63,772 nucleotides of DNA, filler included, from Octopus bimaculoides (GCF_001194135.2; 8 parts of 7 records of this genome joined end to end with filler, not necessarily neighbours in it), one strand, 5' to 3'. Shown: positions 24,761-40,450, numbered from the whole stretch's first letter. A program made the numbers and translations. Notes: a model not told the origin generated them from the sequence alone.

Positions 24761-25686
24761 NNNNNNNNNNNNNNNNNNNNNNNNNNNNNNNNNNNNNNNN
24801 NNNNNNNNNNNNNNNNNNNNNNNNNNNNNNNNNNNNNNNNNNNNNNNNNNNNNNNNNNNNNNNNNNNNNNNNNNNNNNNNNNNNNNNNNNNNNNNNNNNN
24901 NNNNNNNNNNNNNNNNNNNNNNNNNNNNNNNNNNNNNNNNNNNNNNNNNNNNNNNNNNNNNNNNNNNNNNNNNNNNNNNNNNNNNNNNNNNNNNNNNNNN
25001 NNNNNNNNNNNNNNNNNNNNNNNNNNNNNNNNNNNNNNNNNNNNNNNNNNNNNNNNNNNNNNNNNNNNNNNNNNNNNNNNNNNNNNNNNNNNNNNNNNNN
25101 NNNNNNNNNNNNNNNNNNNNNNNNNNNNNNNNNNNNNNNNNNNNNNNNNNNNNNNNNNNNNNNNNNNNNNNNNNNNNNNNNNNNNNNNNNNNNNNNNNNN
25201 NNNNNNNNNNNNNNNNNNNNNNNNNNNNNNNNNNNNNNNNNNNNNNNNNNNNNNNNNNNNNNNNNNNNNNNNNNNNNNNNNNNNNNNNNNNNNNNNNNNN
25301 NNNNNNNNNNNNNNNNNNNNNNNNNNNNNNNNNNNNNNNNNNNNNNNNNNNNNNNNNNNNNNNNNNNNNNNNNNNNNNNNNNNNNNNNNNNNNNNNNNNN
25401 NNNNNNNNNNNNNNNNNNNNNNNNNNNNNNNNNNNNNNNNNNNNNNNNNNNNNNNNNNNNNNNNNNNNNNNNNNNNNNNNNNNNNNNNNNNNNNNNNNNN
25501 NNNNNNNNNNNNNNNNNNNNNNNNNNNNNNNNNNNNNNNNNNNNNNNNNNNNNNNNNNNNNNNNNNNNNNNNNNNNNNNNNNNNNNNNNNNNNNNNNNNN
25601 NNNNNNNNNNNNNNNNNNNNNNNNNNNNNNNNNNNNNNNNNNNNNNNNNNNNNNNNNNNNNNNNNNNNNNNNNNNNNNNNNNNNNN

Positions 25687-25741
<55 letters not shown>

Positions 25742-26035
25742 ACACAGACACACACACACACACAGAGGCACACAAATACTATACCGAGAAATGCACAAAA
25801 TAAAAGGAAAATAAATTAACCCCTAACTGAGCTAGCATGCATGAACTTAGTTGCATATTTTTCACCACCAGATTATACATCACTGGGTACCATACTTTGT
25901 TTCTTATACGAAAATTAACGTAAGTAAATATAAACATAATACATGTATATACCATGATATACATAACCACACAAACCTTTACATGTATATCTGTATATAT
26001 ACATTTATACATTTATACATACACTCACACACACG

Positions 26036-26096
<61 letters not shown>

Positions 26097-27822
26097 NNNN
26101 NNNNNNNNNNNNNNNNNNNNNNNNNNNNNNNNNNNNNNNNTTAATTAATTAANNNNNNNNNNNNNNNNNNNNNNNNNNNNNNNNNNNNNNNNNNNNGCGA
26201 CATTTGATCTCAGAACATTAAATCGGACGAAATGGCGCTAAGCATTTTGCCCGACATTTGATCTCAGAACATTAAATCGGACGAAATGGCGCTAAGCATT
26301 TCGTCCGACGTATTAACGATTCTGCCAGCTTGCCACATTAGAGCTGGAGCAAATATTGCAAAGTGTTTTATTCCATGTTCTAATGATCCAACCAGTTCGC
26401 CACTGTAATTTGGCAAATATTTCTAGAAGATCGATCGACCATGTAGATTGAGCAATTGTTTGTAATTTCTTTAATGTAATCCCAGGCGTATTTGACTAGT
26501 TTATCAACCCAAAATGTAAGTCAATATTCTCGATGTCACGAAAACTCTTAATTTCAAATCTAAAGGAAAACAAGACAAACAAAAATGTATCCAACGAAGT
26601 ATGTCTATTTATACTTTCTTAAGACAGAAAAGGAAAAGATGTATCTTAAATAATTACGAAGAAACATCTGCGTTAATATCTACTGAGCTGCTCTCTCGGC
26701 ATTTCACTAAAAGGCGGATCTACAGGCGATGAATTCAAGGATATGTTGTTCATGTTTACTGCTGTAATCATCAACAATCGATCGTAGCTAGACCATAATG
26801 GAGTAGTTATTAATATTTAATAGATTTTCACTCTAGTATATTGAGAACTTCAAAACATAAACAGGAAGACGGGTGTAACTTGTGGGGCACTGGAGCACTG
26901 GGGCATTGTCTGAGACAGCCATTAGTTGTTAAGTCATCGCTTGGAAACTGAATCAAAGGAGGATGAACTTGGGCTCATTCTAAAACATGAAGGATATTGG
27001 TACCACAATTGCTGACAAATTTAGGATTCTGATAATAGAATGGGATATGTGTCATTGCTTGTCATCGTGCCCGATGTAACCGATAGATAATGATGATGGT
27101 TTATTAATTGTAATTGATAGATAAAGATGATATATTAGTTTATTATAATTAACTTGATTCACAGCTTCAACATTATGTTATATGTTCAAGAACCAGAGAC
27201 TAGCACAGAAAAAAAACTGTTGATTGCTTTTAGTGCAAACAGGAGTGCTAGTCTTTTTGATTTTCTGGAATTTCATTTTACCGTGAACAGTGACACTCCA
27301 AACTTTTAGAGAAGACATGAGGATATTAGGAAGAAATGAGATCGAACACGATTCTGAAAACGATCTACATTTCCAATGACAGTACGCGACCACACACTTT
27401 CGCCAACAAATCAACTCCAATTAAAAACAACGTTCGTGCACAAAGATTTGGTGGCACAAATGTGATGAGAGTGGTTGTGAAGAAGGGGGCACAATAGTGC
27501 ACACCTGGTTTTTTTCAAAGTGGATCTAAGAGACGTGTTCAACGAGGTGCAAATGTATAGCAAGTGTATTTCAATGGAAACTATGTTGAGTACTATCTTT
27601 GTGTGGAGGAACGATTACTCTGTTAACATGTGCAGTTTGAATAATCTATGTCCGTTAATAAAAAAGAAAAAGAGAAAGGGTCCTTGGGCAAGTTAATAAC
27701 GTAACTGTAATATGACAGAGACGTTACGGTAATAAGTTCTATATTTAAGAGATGAGGAATTATGTACAATGTTTACATTATTTACATTTGACAGGTATTT
27801 GTCCTCAACTTGTTTGTTGTTA

Positions 27823-27866
27823 ACACAACGTTTCGGTTGATATACCCTCCAGCCTTCATCAGGTGT
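27823..27866 (-). ncRNA. Minimal hammerhead ribozyme motif, core intact
   Basis: Minus strand ACAC-CTGATGA-A-GGCTG-gagggtatat-CAACC-GAAAC-GTT-GTGT; one mismatch in stem II. Confidence 0.7.
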
Positions 27867-28004
27867 ATTGGGGAAATTTCGAACCTGTGTTCTCATTCCT
27901 AAGGTATTTTTCAATGTTGTTGTTATTATACGGGCATATGGCGTAATGGTTAATAGAGCAGGCTACTAACCCCAAGATTCCGAGTTAGATTCCAAGCAGT
28001 GACC

Positions 28005-28074
<70 letters not shown>

Positions 28075-28137
28075 CAACAACAACAACATCGAAAAGTACC
28101 TTAGGAATGAAAAACCCAGGTTCCAAATTTCCCCAAG

Positions 28138-28181
28138 ACACCTGTTGAAGGCTGGAGGGTATATCAGCCGAAACGTTGTGT
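28138..28181 (+). ncRNA. Minimal hammerhead ribozyme motif with an A6-to-U core change
   Basis: ACAC-CTGTTGA-A-GGCTG-gagggtatat-CAGCC-GAAAC-GTT-GTGT; perfect stem II, mutated core. Confidence 0.6.
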
Positions 28182-28529
28182 TAACAACAAACAAGATGAG
28201 GACAAATATCTGTCAAATGTAAATAATGTAAATAATGCACGTTACGGTAAGTTTCACTGCATCGCATCGACCAAAGAGAATGAAAGACGGCATCTGGATA
28301 GCTTAAAACAAACATTACTGACTTGACTACAGCGTCATTGCAAAAAGGTTAGTAGAATTTTGAATGATTTTCTGTATTCCAGGAAAACCTTGCTAAAGCT
28401 GCAAAATTCTTAGTCACAACTAAATCCTATCCATCAGAGTCACCAACATTTATATCCATTACTGTCCATATGTATATTTTGAAACACGGCGTTTTATCGT
28501 CAGTGTCACCTTGGCAAGAAGAGTGAATG

Positions 28530-28930
28530 GTAGGCGGCGAGCTGGCAGAATCGTTAGCACGCCGGGCGAAATGCTTAGCGGTATTTCGTCTGCCGTTACG
28601 TTCTGAGTTCAAATTCCACCGAGGTCGACTTTGCCTTTCATCCTTTCGGGGTCGATAAATTAAGTACCAGTTACGCACTGGGGTCGATGTAATCGACTTA
28701 ATCCGTTCGTCTGTTCTTGTTTGTTCCCTCTATGTTTAGCCTCTTGTGGGCAATAACGAAATAGGTATTTCGTCTATCTTTACGATCTGTGTTCAAATTC
28801 CGCCGAGGTCGACTTTGCCTTTCATCCTTTCGGAGCTCGATAAATTAAGTACCAGTTGCGCACTGAGGTCGATCTAATCGAATGGCCTCCCCACCCCCAA
28901 AAAAAATTTCGAATTTTGTGCCTAGAGTTG
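28530..28930 (+). mobile_element. SINE family B, head-to-tail pair (full copy plus a 5'-truncated copy)
   Basis: Head ggcggcgagctggcagaatcgttagc...gagttcaaattcc; core gtcgactttgcctttcatcctttcggggtcgataaattaagtaccag occurs twice. From memory the core resembles the Meta-SINE central domain (unverified). Confidence 0.85.
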
Positions 28931-29029
28931 TAAAGAATAAAAGAAAATGGTCCCACACAACAATATATTAAACTACTCTCCTTGGTCAGCGCTTGACCAT
29001 GAACTATATTTGAAACCAAAAAGATTGTT

Positions 29030-30300
29030 ACTAGCATGGTGACCAGTCTCTCCAGGAAACGATCTGAGAGGCAGTTATCCACCTGGAGCACTGATCTGAC
29101 CCGAACCAAACCCGGTGCTTCTTAGTAGAATCGTCGAACCAGCGAAGCACGATATTGGCCGGTGTGGACATAACTCTTCAGATTTCGGGTTGCAAGTCCG
29201 CTTATATACCGATTTATACTGCTTTGTCCTTTAGTGTAGTATTTACCACCATGATTTTTCTGAGTCCAACTCCATCATGATAACAATGTATTTAGACACG
29301 GTATTCCCAAGTCCCAGATAGAGAGCAAAATGTTCCCCTATCAACTCTGGTTTTTGCAGAAATGACTCAAAATGATGAGAAAAGACACACTTGAAATACC
29401 GAGCGTATGTCAACGATTCCGATAGGTGACATTTAGTCTTACCATCGAATAGATTCCAATATACATTGAAGCAATTCATTATCTATAAACGTGAACGAAG
29501 TCGGTTTCCCTGAAGATAAGATGCCAAATATCGATGGCCATCTTCATCTAATATTTAAAACTGATCCAAGTTGGAAAGATCCCACCGAACCTGAGGTTAT
29601 CATTACTATCTATTATGAATGGCATGAAATGGCTCTAGTGACTAGGTCTATCGATGATCGGTGTATCTATTCACTATAGAACAGATCTACCGATTAAGCG
29701 GTCATGACCATTCCAACGGCCATAAGAGCTCACTTTTTCGCGATTCTTTGTTAAAATGTGTGTTCAATAACAAAATGTCTACACGGGAAATCCCAGTACG
29801 GGTGGAACACCCAACACAAAATATTGGATTACTCCCATGCACCAAAACCCCTTTTCCAACTTTCTATCACCTCGATATTGTCGTAAAATCAGAGTAAAAA
29901 ACTTTAACCTCGTCTGTCTGGCCGCTTTCTGCCACTTCATACAGAACACACTAGTGGCTGCACCTCTCTCTCCAGCCTCATCTTTCTTTTGATGAGGATT
30001 TGGACAGAGAGGAAACAGCAGTCATCCAACTTCCCTTTCAACGTTCTTCGCATAGTTCAGCTGCAGCCACTCACTAGCGATACTTGTGGCCGATTTTCTT
30101 TCTTCCAAGATTTTCTCCTTGCTGCTGTTGTTTATGGATGCTCCTTCGACCTCACCCTCATCCAAGGGATTACCAATATTAACTTTTGAAGAGTTTCCAG
30201 TTTTTTAATGGTTTTTTTGGTGGCGAGGCGAGTGGAAGGCGTCTTTGTTTGGAAGACTGCTTCTACTATTTGGGGAGATTCTTCACACTCCCACTTTTAT
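29030..30300 (-). mobile_element. Very decayed L1/Tx1-like reverse transcriptase region
   Basis: Broken frames give IMMELDSEKSW (cf. LD.EKAFD), LLRSTGFG and SVLQVDNCLSDRF (cf. S.V.VNG.LS..F) in the expected order. Confidence 0.35.
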
Positions 30301-30999
30301 GCAGGCTTGAGTGAAACAAGAATAAAATGCTTAATCGAAAAGTCTTCTTTAACTTGACAAAATATGTCTGCTTTCTCTACCTTCGGAAGACAAGGAAACT
30401 ATCTCCTTCCCATGACAATTCATGCACAAACACACCTGCGCACGCATGCACACACACACACACATACGCACACAAATACACAAACACACACACACAAACA
30501 CACAAGCAAACACACACACACAAGCACATCAGCACACGCACGCACACATACAAACAATCCCCACTAAAACGCACATAATCAAACATGATCCACCTTCATT
30601 GGCAACAAAATTTGGGAGCGATGTTGACACACGCCAGACAACTTATATGTTCAATAATAACAATAATTGTTGACCAGACCTTGCCAAGTCTAAGTATATT
30701 CACAGTCACGATCGAGTGAGCAGCTATCTCCAATGGGCAAAATGCCTACATTTCGACACGAAAACGGACAAGGGATATAAACACTTACCAAACATGATGC
30801 TTAGCAACGACTTTACCACACTCAGCTGTCCATGAGAAATAAATCAAGGTAAACCAGTGAAATGAAAATCTTTTTACACTGATAGATATTTCGGTCCTTT
30901 TTGACAAAGACAACGCTCAAAATGAGACAGAAATACTTTCAAAATAGGATTTTCAAACTGAAACCCCTCATATGGGAGTAAGAAAATATAAACAATTTT

Positions 31000-31190
31000 G
31001 TGGGGAGGAAGCAAGTTGATTACGTCGACCACATTACATGAGTGGTTCTTATTTATCAACTCCTAGAGAGTGAAAGGCAAAGTCTACCTCGGCGGCATTT
31101 GAATTCAGAACGTAAAGAGCCGGAAGAAATGCCACAGAGCACTTTTCCGGCGCGGTAATGATTCTGTCGGTTCGCTGACTTTGAAACAGT
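31000..31190 (-). mobile_element. Degenerate SINE family B
   Basis: ttatttatcaactcctagagagtgaaaggcaaagtctacctcggcggcatttgaattcagaacg is the reverse complement of the core. Confidence 0.7.
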
Positions 31191-31649
31191 CATAATAATA
31201 ACTGGAATGCTCAGTAGGATAAAAAAAATTAAACAAAGATATAAAAAATCATACCATAATTTTATACACAGACAAAAAAGTAAAAAATATTCCTGCGAGC
31301 TGCACTCTACCTCCTACTCAAAACATTTGTCATCAATAATATAACACCACACTTTATATAATCGCCACACGTGATTGCTTGACCTGCGAGAAATAGTATC
31401 TAGATTTCTCTCAAATTACAACTATAGACTTATATTAAGAAAGGTTATATTAAATAATGCAATGTCGTGTAATCCTAAAAGGATGGAATGGTCATTGCTA
31501 GAAAGGCTTTGATTGTATGTCTGTTCGATCGGGATTCATCTGGGAATAAACAATAATGTAATAAAATAACACAACTCACACAACCCGTAATCAACCAAGT
31601 AAATCAAAACAGATCATACTCTTAAATAAGGTTTTCAACTTTTTGGAAC

Positions 31650-31825
31650 AAGGTCGGCGAAATCGAGAGGAATGAGTAAGTGGATTGCATCGACCCCAGT
31701 GCTCAACAGGCGCTTATTTTATCGAACCTGAAAAGACGAAAAGTCAACTTAAAGCATAAAGAGTCGGAAGAAATGCGTCCAAGCATTTTGCCCGGCGTGC
31801 TAACGGTTCTGCCAGGTCACCATCT
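31650..31825 (-). mobile_element. Degenerate SINE family B
   Basis: gattgcatcgaccccagt...gcgtgctaacggttctgccag. Confidence 0.7.
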
Positions 31826-31880
31826 TAACAAGCTCTTACAGACCCTTACATAATATCCGACGCTCTAATACGAACAACCA

Positions 31881-31910
31881 TAACCCTAACCCTAACCCTA
31901 ACCCTAACCC
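31881..31910. repeat. Interstitial telomere-type repeat (TAACCC)5
   Basis: Five perfect units. Confidence 0.85.
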
Positions 31911-32118
31911 AGCTCGCAGTCTACACAAGTGTCGCCCAACGACATAAGCACGTCCTCCACAACGCAAACTATCACCCACCATTAAAAGAATACCAATCAC
32001 ATAGAACAGATTTAAGACGCATTTGAAACATTGATCTTTTTTTTAATTACGCAAAATAATTAAATGAATGCTTACGAAAACGCAAGTGAGAAATAAGAGC
32101 ATCCTATCAGCACACAGT

Positions 32119-32498
32119 GGAAGCGCAATGGCCCAGTGGTTAGGGCAGCGGACTCGCGGTCATAGGATTGCGGTTTCGATTCGCAGACCGGGCGTTGTGA
32201 GTGTTTATTGAGCGAAAACACCTAAAGCTCCACAAGGCTCCGGCAGGGGATAGTGGCGAACCCTGCTGTACTCTTTCACCACAACTTTCTGTCACTCTTA
32301 CTTCCTGTTTCTGTTGTGCCTGTAATTCAAAGGGTCAGCCTTGTCACACTGTGTCACGCTGAATATCCCCGAGAACTACGTTAAGGGTACACGTGTCTGT
32401 GGAGTGCTCAGCCACTTGCACGTTAATTTCACGAGCAGGTTGTTCCGTTGATCGGATCAATTGGAACCCTCGACGTCGTAAGCGACGGAGTGCCAACA
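32119..32498 (+). mobile_element. SINE family A, full length, tRNA-derived head (possibly related to the described octopus tRNA-derived SINEs)
   Basis: Head tggcccagtggttagggcagcggactcgcggtc...gtttcgattc (A- and B-box-like), body shared with three other copies, tail ...cgacggagtgccaaca. Confidence 0.88.
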
Positions 32499-32619
32499 CA
32501 TCAGCACACAAACGAAGAATCACCACCTTAGTTGCGTTAGAGTTTCAAATCACCTACTGTCCGCCATTCCTTGTCTTAGAAGCTAGTATACTATGATGTG
32601 CTCAACGGCATTTTTTGTA

Positions 32620-33190
32620 TTGATGGAGTCTAATAGCATCCCTCTTTCTCGGCACAGACATTTCCTAGGCGATGATAACTAACTGGTAAGATTTCCCCAC
32701 TGAACTTTCGTCTTCTGTCTTTTGAATTCATCTGGCTGTACTTTCACGTCTTTAATTAGCACGACTTTCCTACCATCTAATTTCTAGTCTTCTTTATCCC
32801 CAGATATTACAAACGACCGTAAAAATCGAGTCTTCTCAGGAATACATTCTACTTGTCTTCCATTGGGCTACAACTTGTTTTTGCAATGATTCCCTCCTTA
32901 TTTTCATTTTCTTACTTATTCCTGTACATCTACTGCCTCTCCTCATTTCGTTGTCTCGCTCTTCCCTATCATCTCCAGAGAAAGGAGCGGCAATGCTAGT
33001 TATGAACAGTTTTGGGGGTCACTGATAGTCGGCTTTCGAGACAATAAAGTAATTTCTGTTTTTCAAGTATTTTGGGACACACCTGTAACGGCTGAACTTC
33101 CCACCTTACACCTCCAGTCTCATTGTTTTCCTAACCAAAATCCCGACACGGCGGATTGCAATCCATGGAAGACTTGCATATACGTGAACA
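32620..33190 (-). mobile_element. Decayed LINE (probably RTE) apurinic-endonuclease fragment
   Basis: Minus strand near 33150 reads ..VGILVRKTMRLEV, similar to the APE GVG(I/F)LV motif; many stops. Confidence 0.4.
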
Positions 33191-34097
33191 GTATTCAACA
33201 GTATTCCCTAACATATATCGCTTATAATCATTTCGGTAGTCACCAGTGCCACAAAAATGAAATGAGCAATGTCAATGTTTTCACCCATATCATTTCACGT
33301 TGTCCTAAATTATGTGACATCAACCTGTGGACAGGGAGGTATGTGACACATCGTTTCGGGCTGCTTTCTTATATTATCTTCTGTGTTGAAAACCAGGTAT
33401 ACAACTCTATGAGCTGTCTCAACAGAGAGAGGAGTTATTACTCGACACATTGGCCAATGGCACCTGTAGTTGTAGGATTGAAAATACTGTATAAGAAAAA
33501 TGACGCAGATTGTTTCTCCGAGCAAAAACGCTTAAATTCATTGCCTTTCAATTGCTTGTAACACTTGCAAAAAGAATAGCTGGTCATCCCTCCAGTATTG
33601 ATCAAAACAACAGTTTTGCAACACATTATTATGGCTTGTTTTCTTCGTTATTGTCGGTATTGTTAATGTCAACAGTATCGTTAAAATTATTCAAGCTGGC
33701 GTTTGTAGCCGTTCAAATATTATTATTCTATTTGTGCATAATGTATAGATCTTGGTGTCAAATTAAATTTGCTGTGCTTTTCTTTATTTCTCTATTTATT
33801 GATTCTTTTTGTTGTCGTCTTATTATCCACTTTCTTTTTTTGTTGGGGAACCGCTTCTCTGATGAATGTAAAAAGAAAGAAAAATATAATTACATAAAAA
33901 AGATGATAGATCATGTCTCATCAGTATGGAGATGTTCTAATGCGTTGCAGATGTTTTTCTGTTGTAAAATATCCAAAGGGAAATATTTTCCCTCCAGTTG
34001 TGCATAGTAAAAATAAATCCCAAATACTTGAACTGAGGTGCAGGACCAAATGATCACAGAAACATTTGATGATGATGATGATGATAATAATAATAAC

Positions 34098-34179
<82 letters not shown>

Positions 34180-34713
34180 TTCTCATCTTAATGGTTTGGA
34201 AGTGTTATCATGTATATTGTTTTGGTATAAAAGATGGGCTACAGCAAATATTGTCCTCAATACCAAAGATTTGCTTGTCAGTTGTTTGCCCTTAGCCGGT
34301 TGAGCATGTCCCTTAGTGGCTGACGATATGTGCAACTCTGATCACGAACAGAAGTAGTGGGGGAGCCTCATAGCCATGTGTTGAAAAGAATTCTTTGGGG
34401 TTTGGATAATTCTCCTCTGGAAACATGGGTGTTTCGTTCTACATCCTTAAACAACCCTTATTCATGGACCTTTTGAGCGGGATGGGCTACTCGACCTGAA
34501 GAAATTTCTAACTGGGTCCCACCTGCAAGGTCATGCACTGTTAATCTTGATATGAGATCACCATGTCGTGCACATATGGTTGTGATGCATGTGTACCCTA
34601 ATCAGATGGGTATATTTTACTCCAGTGTCACTTTGATGGCATGCACTGCTCTCTCACTCAATGATGATGATGATGATGATATGATGATAATAATAATAAT
34701 GATAATAATAATA

Positions 34714-34761
<48 letters not shown>

Positions 34762-34778
34762 GTAATAATAATAATAAT

Positions 34779-35097
34779 CTGGAAATAGAGGTAACTCGAA
34801 TGTGGAATCTAAAAACAGAAACAATTCCTATCATAGTAGGTGCCTTAGGTATAATAAAAAAATATTCAGACAAATACATAACAAAAACACCAGGACTTAC
34901 AAATATATATAACATACAGAAAATTGCACTACTGGGTACTGCACACATTCTACGCAAAACACTTTCAATACAGTAAACATAAGAGCACCACAGCAACCAC
35001 AGCACATACCCAAGGCGCACAGAGCTGCGCTCGGTAGTGAAGTGAAAGCACGTTATAAAAATAAAACTACTGAACAACAATAATAATAATAATAGTG
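34779..35097 (+). mobile_element. Young Dong/R4-type 3' fragment within (TAA)n
   Basis: LEIEVTRMWNLKTETIPIIVGALGIIKKYSDKYITKTPGLTNIYNIQKIALLGTAHILRKTLSIQ; TAA repeats on both sides. Confidence 0.85.
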
Positions 35098-35311
35098 NNN
35101 NNNNNNNNNNNNNNNNNNNNNNNNNNNNNNNNNNNNNNNNNNNNNNNNNNNNNNNNNNNNNNNNNNNNNNNNNNNNNNNNNNNNNNNNNNNNNNNNNNNN
35201 NNNNNNNNNNNNNNNNNNNNNNNNNNNNNNNNNNNNNNNNNNNNNNNNNNNNNNNNNNNNNNNNNNNNNNNNNNNNNNNNNNNNNNNNNNNNNNNNNNNN
35301 NNNNNNNNNNN

Positions 35312-35697
35312 GTATCAATACCAGCAGATGACAACGTTTCTCTAAAAGAAATGGAAAAACTTTCAAAATACAAAGACCTGGAAATAGAGATAACTCGAAT
35401 GTGGAATCTAAAAACAGAAACAATTCCTATCATAGTAGGTGCCTTAGGTATAATAAAAAAATATTCAGACAAATACATAACAAAAACACCAGGACTTACA
35501 AATATATATAACATACAGAAAATTGCACTACTGGGTACTGCACACATTCTACGCAAAACACTTTCAATACAGTAAACATAAGAGCACCACAGCAACCACA
35601 GCACATACCCAAGGCGCACAGAGCTGCGCTCGGTAGTGAAGTGAAAGCACGTTATAAAAATAAAACTACTGAACAACAATAATAATAATAATAGTGA
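35312..35697 (+). mobile_element. Young Dong/R4-type 3' fragment, near-identical to 34779-35097
   Basis: ORF 35351-35575 MEKLSKYKDLEIEITRMWNLKTETIPIIVGALG...; followed by (AAT)n. Confidence 0.85.
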
Positions 35698-35699
35698 TA

Positions 35700-38550
<2,851 letters not shown>

Positions 38551-38574
38551 CCTGAGATAAAAAGAAAAATAATA

Positions 38575-39015
38575 ATACTTTCTACTAAAAGCACAAGGCC
38601 TGAAATTTTGGTGGAGGGGACTCGTTGATTATATCGACCCCAGTGTTTCATTGGTGATTAGTTTATCAACCCCGAAAAGATGAAAAGCAAAGTCGACTTC
38701 GGCAGAATTTGAACTCAGAACATATAGTCGGAGAAATGCTCCAAAGCAATTTGCCTGGCGTGCTAACGATTCAACCAGCTCGCCGACCTAATAAAAATAA
38801 TAATCCTTTCTACTATAGGCACAAGGCTTGAAATTTCGGGTAGGGGGTAAGTCGATTACATCGACCCCAGTACTCAAACAGTATTTATTTTATTGACCCC
38901 GAAAGGATGAAAGGCAAAGTCGACCTCGGCAGAATTTGAACCCAGAGAGTGAAGACAAACGAAATACCTCTAAGCATTTTCCCCGGCGTGCTAACTATTC
39001 TGCCAGCTCGCCGCC
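38575..39015 (-). mobile_element. SINE family B, tandem pair
   Basis: Two successive reverse-complement copies (38575-38790 and 38810-39015), each with an (AAT)n-type tail and a tRNA head. Confidence 0.85.
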
Positions 39016-40290
39016 TTACATAATAATGATGATGATGATGGTGATGATGACGATGACGATGACGATGATGATGATGATGACGATAAATTGTTCAATGGCC
39101 ATTTTAATAAACTGGCTCTGTGGCAGAAAGTTGGCAATGCTGACAATTACAGTTCTTTTGGCATCATTACTCACACCTGCAAACACACAAGCACACATAG
39201 ATAATTGCATAAATGTAAATGCATTTTGTGTTCCTGTTTTCTTCTCTTATTTTTTTTTTATTCGTAAAACAGCAGTTGCCGAAATATTTTTCAGACGATT
39301 GTCTCTTTTAATATTAAAGGGGAAGGCGTGTGACAGTGCTGCCCAGATAACCATTCAGCTCAATACAATGAGTGGAAAAACATCTAACGGATATCCTGCG
39401 AATGCACTTCAAATGCAACACATCTTATGTTCAGGCTGTTTTATGAGCTTAGCAACAACCAAAACAACAGCAATAACGATAACAACAAAAGCATCCTTTA
39501 TTAATATCTGATGAAAATGGGTTGGATTCAGATTTTTATATTTCAATAATTCATAGATTCGAAAATTCTGTGTTCATCTTGGCAGTTCACTGAGTCAAAA
39601 ATAAATTATGATCTGCTCTGTTTAAAGGATATTCTGATATTCTGATATTCTGGCATGTCAGCAAGGAGACTGCGAGAGCGAGAGAGAAAGAGGGGGAGAG
39701 AAATTTTAAAGTTGTACACTACATACTCACACACAGTCACGCACACTCATATACATGCACAGGTATACGCAGATAGATAGATAGATAGACAGATAGATAG
39801 ACAGATAGATAGATAGANNNNNNNNNNNNNNNNNNNNNNNNNNNNNNNNNNNNNNNNNNNNNNNNNNNNNNNNNNNNNNNNNNNNNNNNNNNNNNNNNNN
39901 NNNNNNNNNNNNNNNNNCATAAGATCGTCGGATGAGCTTCATCTGTTATGGAATGGTAGACTTAATCCCGTCAATCGGTCCTTCGCCACTACATGGTCCT
40001 TGATTGCTTTTAGCGAGGGATACTCTTTTGCAAAACATTGGTATGAGGTTTCTGTTTTCTTCCTCGCTAATTTCGGAAGCCCTTCATAATGTCATGGGCA
40101 CTGCTCTTTCTCCTCTGACTGAACCATAAAAACTACTTTTCCTTTAAATTCTAGCAATCGAAACGTTTAAGCGGTAATGAGGAAGGAAACGCTATTAGGC
40201 CCTCAGAATGACTGCTAACTATAAAGAACAGAACCGTATTTTTACATTTGCGTATTTTACTATATGTATCACATCCATAGATTAACAGAC

Positions 40291-40450
40291 GCAGGAGTGG
40301 CTGTGTGGTAAGTAGCTTGCTTACCAACCACATGGTTCTGGGTTCAGTCCCACTGCGTGGCACCTTGGGTAAGTGTCTTCTACTATAGCCTCGGGCCGAC
40401 CAAAACATTGAGTGGATTTGGTAGACGGAAACTGAAAGAAGCCAGTCATA

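Larger units (their letters stand above)
27733..28238 (+). mobile_element. Composite element: inverted tail copy + tRNA-like head + (TAA)n/(CAA)n + Penelope-type tail with hammerhead
   Basis: A-box TGGCGTAATGG at 27939-27949; B-box-like GTTAGATTCC at 27984-27993; arms 27768-27929 and 28074-28236 are reverse complements; direct repeat ACGTTACGGTAA at 27721-27732 and 28239-28250. Confidence 0.7.

Noticed and set aside
19038-26148. Long ORFs made of X, HTHT, CVCV or YIYI
   Set aside because: Produced by N gaps and dinucleotide microsatellites; the same applies to poly-L, poly-N, poly-I and poly-Y ORFs from TAA repeats elsewhere.
26197-26310. About 55-bp tandem duplication in a SINE B head
   Set aside because: Directly at a contig edge beside a linker; likely an assembly artefact, or trivial slippage.
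29491-29679. ORF containing NIDGHLH
   Set aside because: IDG is already encoded in the 5263 exon; no other M19 similarity; lies antisense to a probable decayed LINE.
32119-32200. tRNA-like sequences (also 27931-28003, 28545-28620, 40291-40360)
   Set aside because: SINE heads: A/B boxes are present but there is no complete acceptor stem, and they are fused to repeat bodies; not called as tRNA genes.
39091-39210. Signal-peptide-like MLTITVLLASLLTPANTQA
   Set aside because: The frame starts in a SINE and (GAT)n repeat; no convincing donor or downstream domain.
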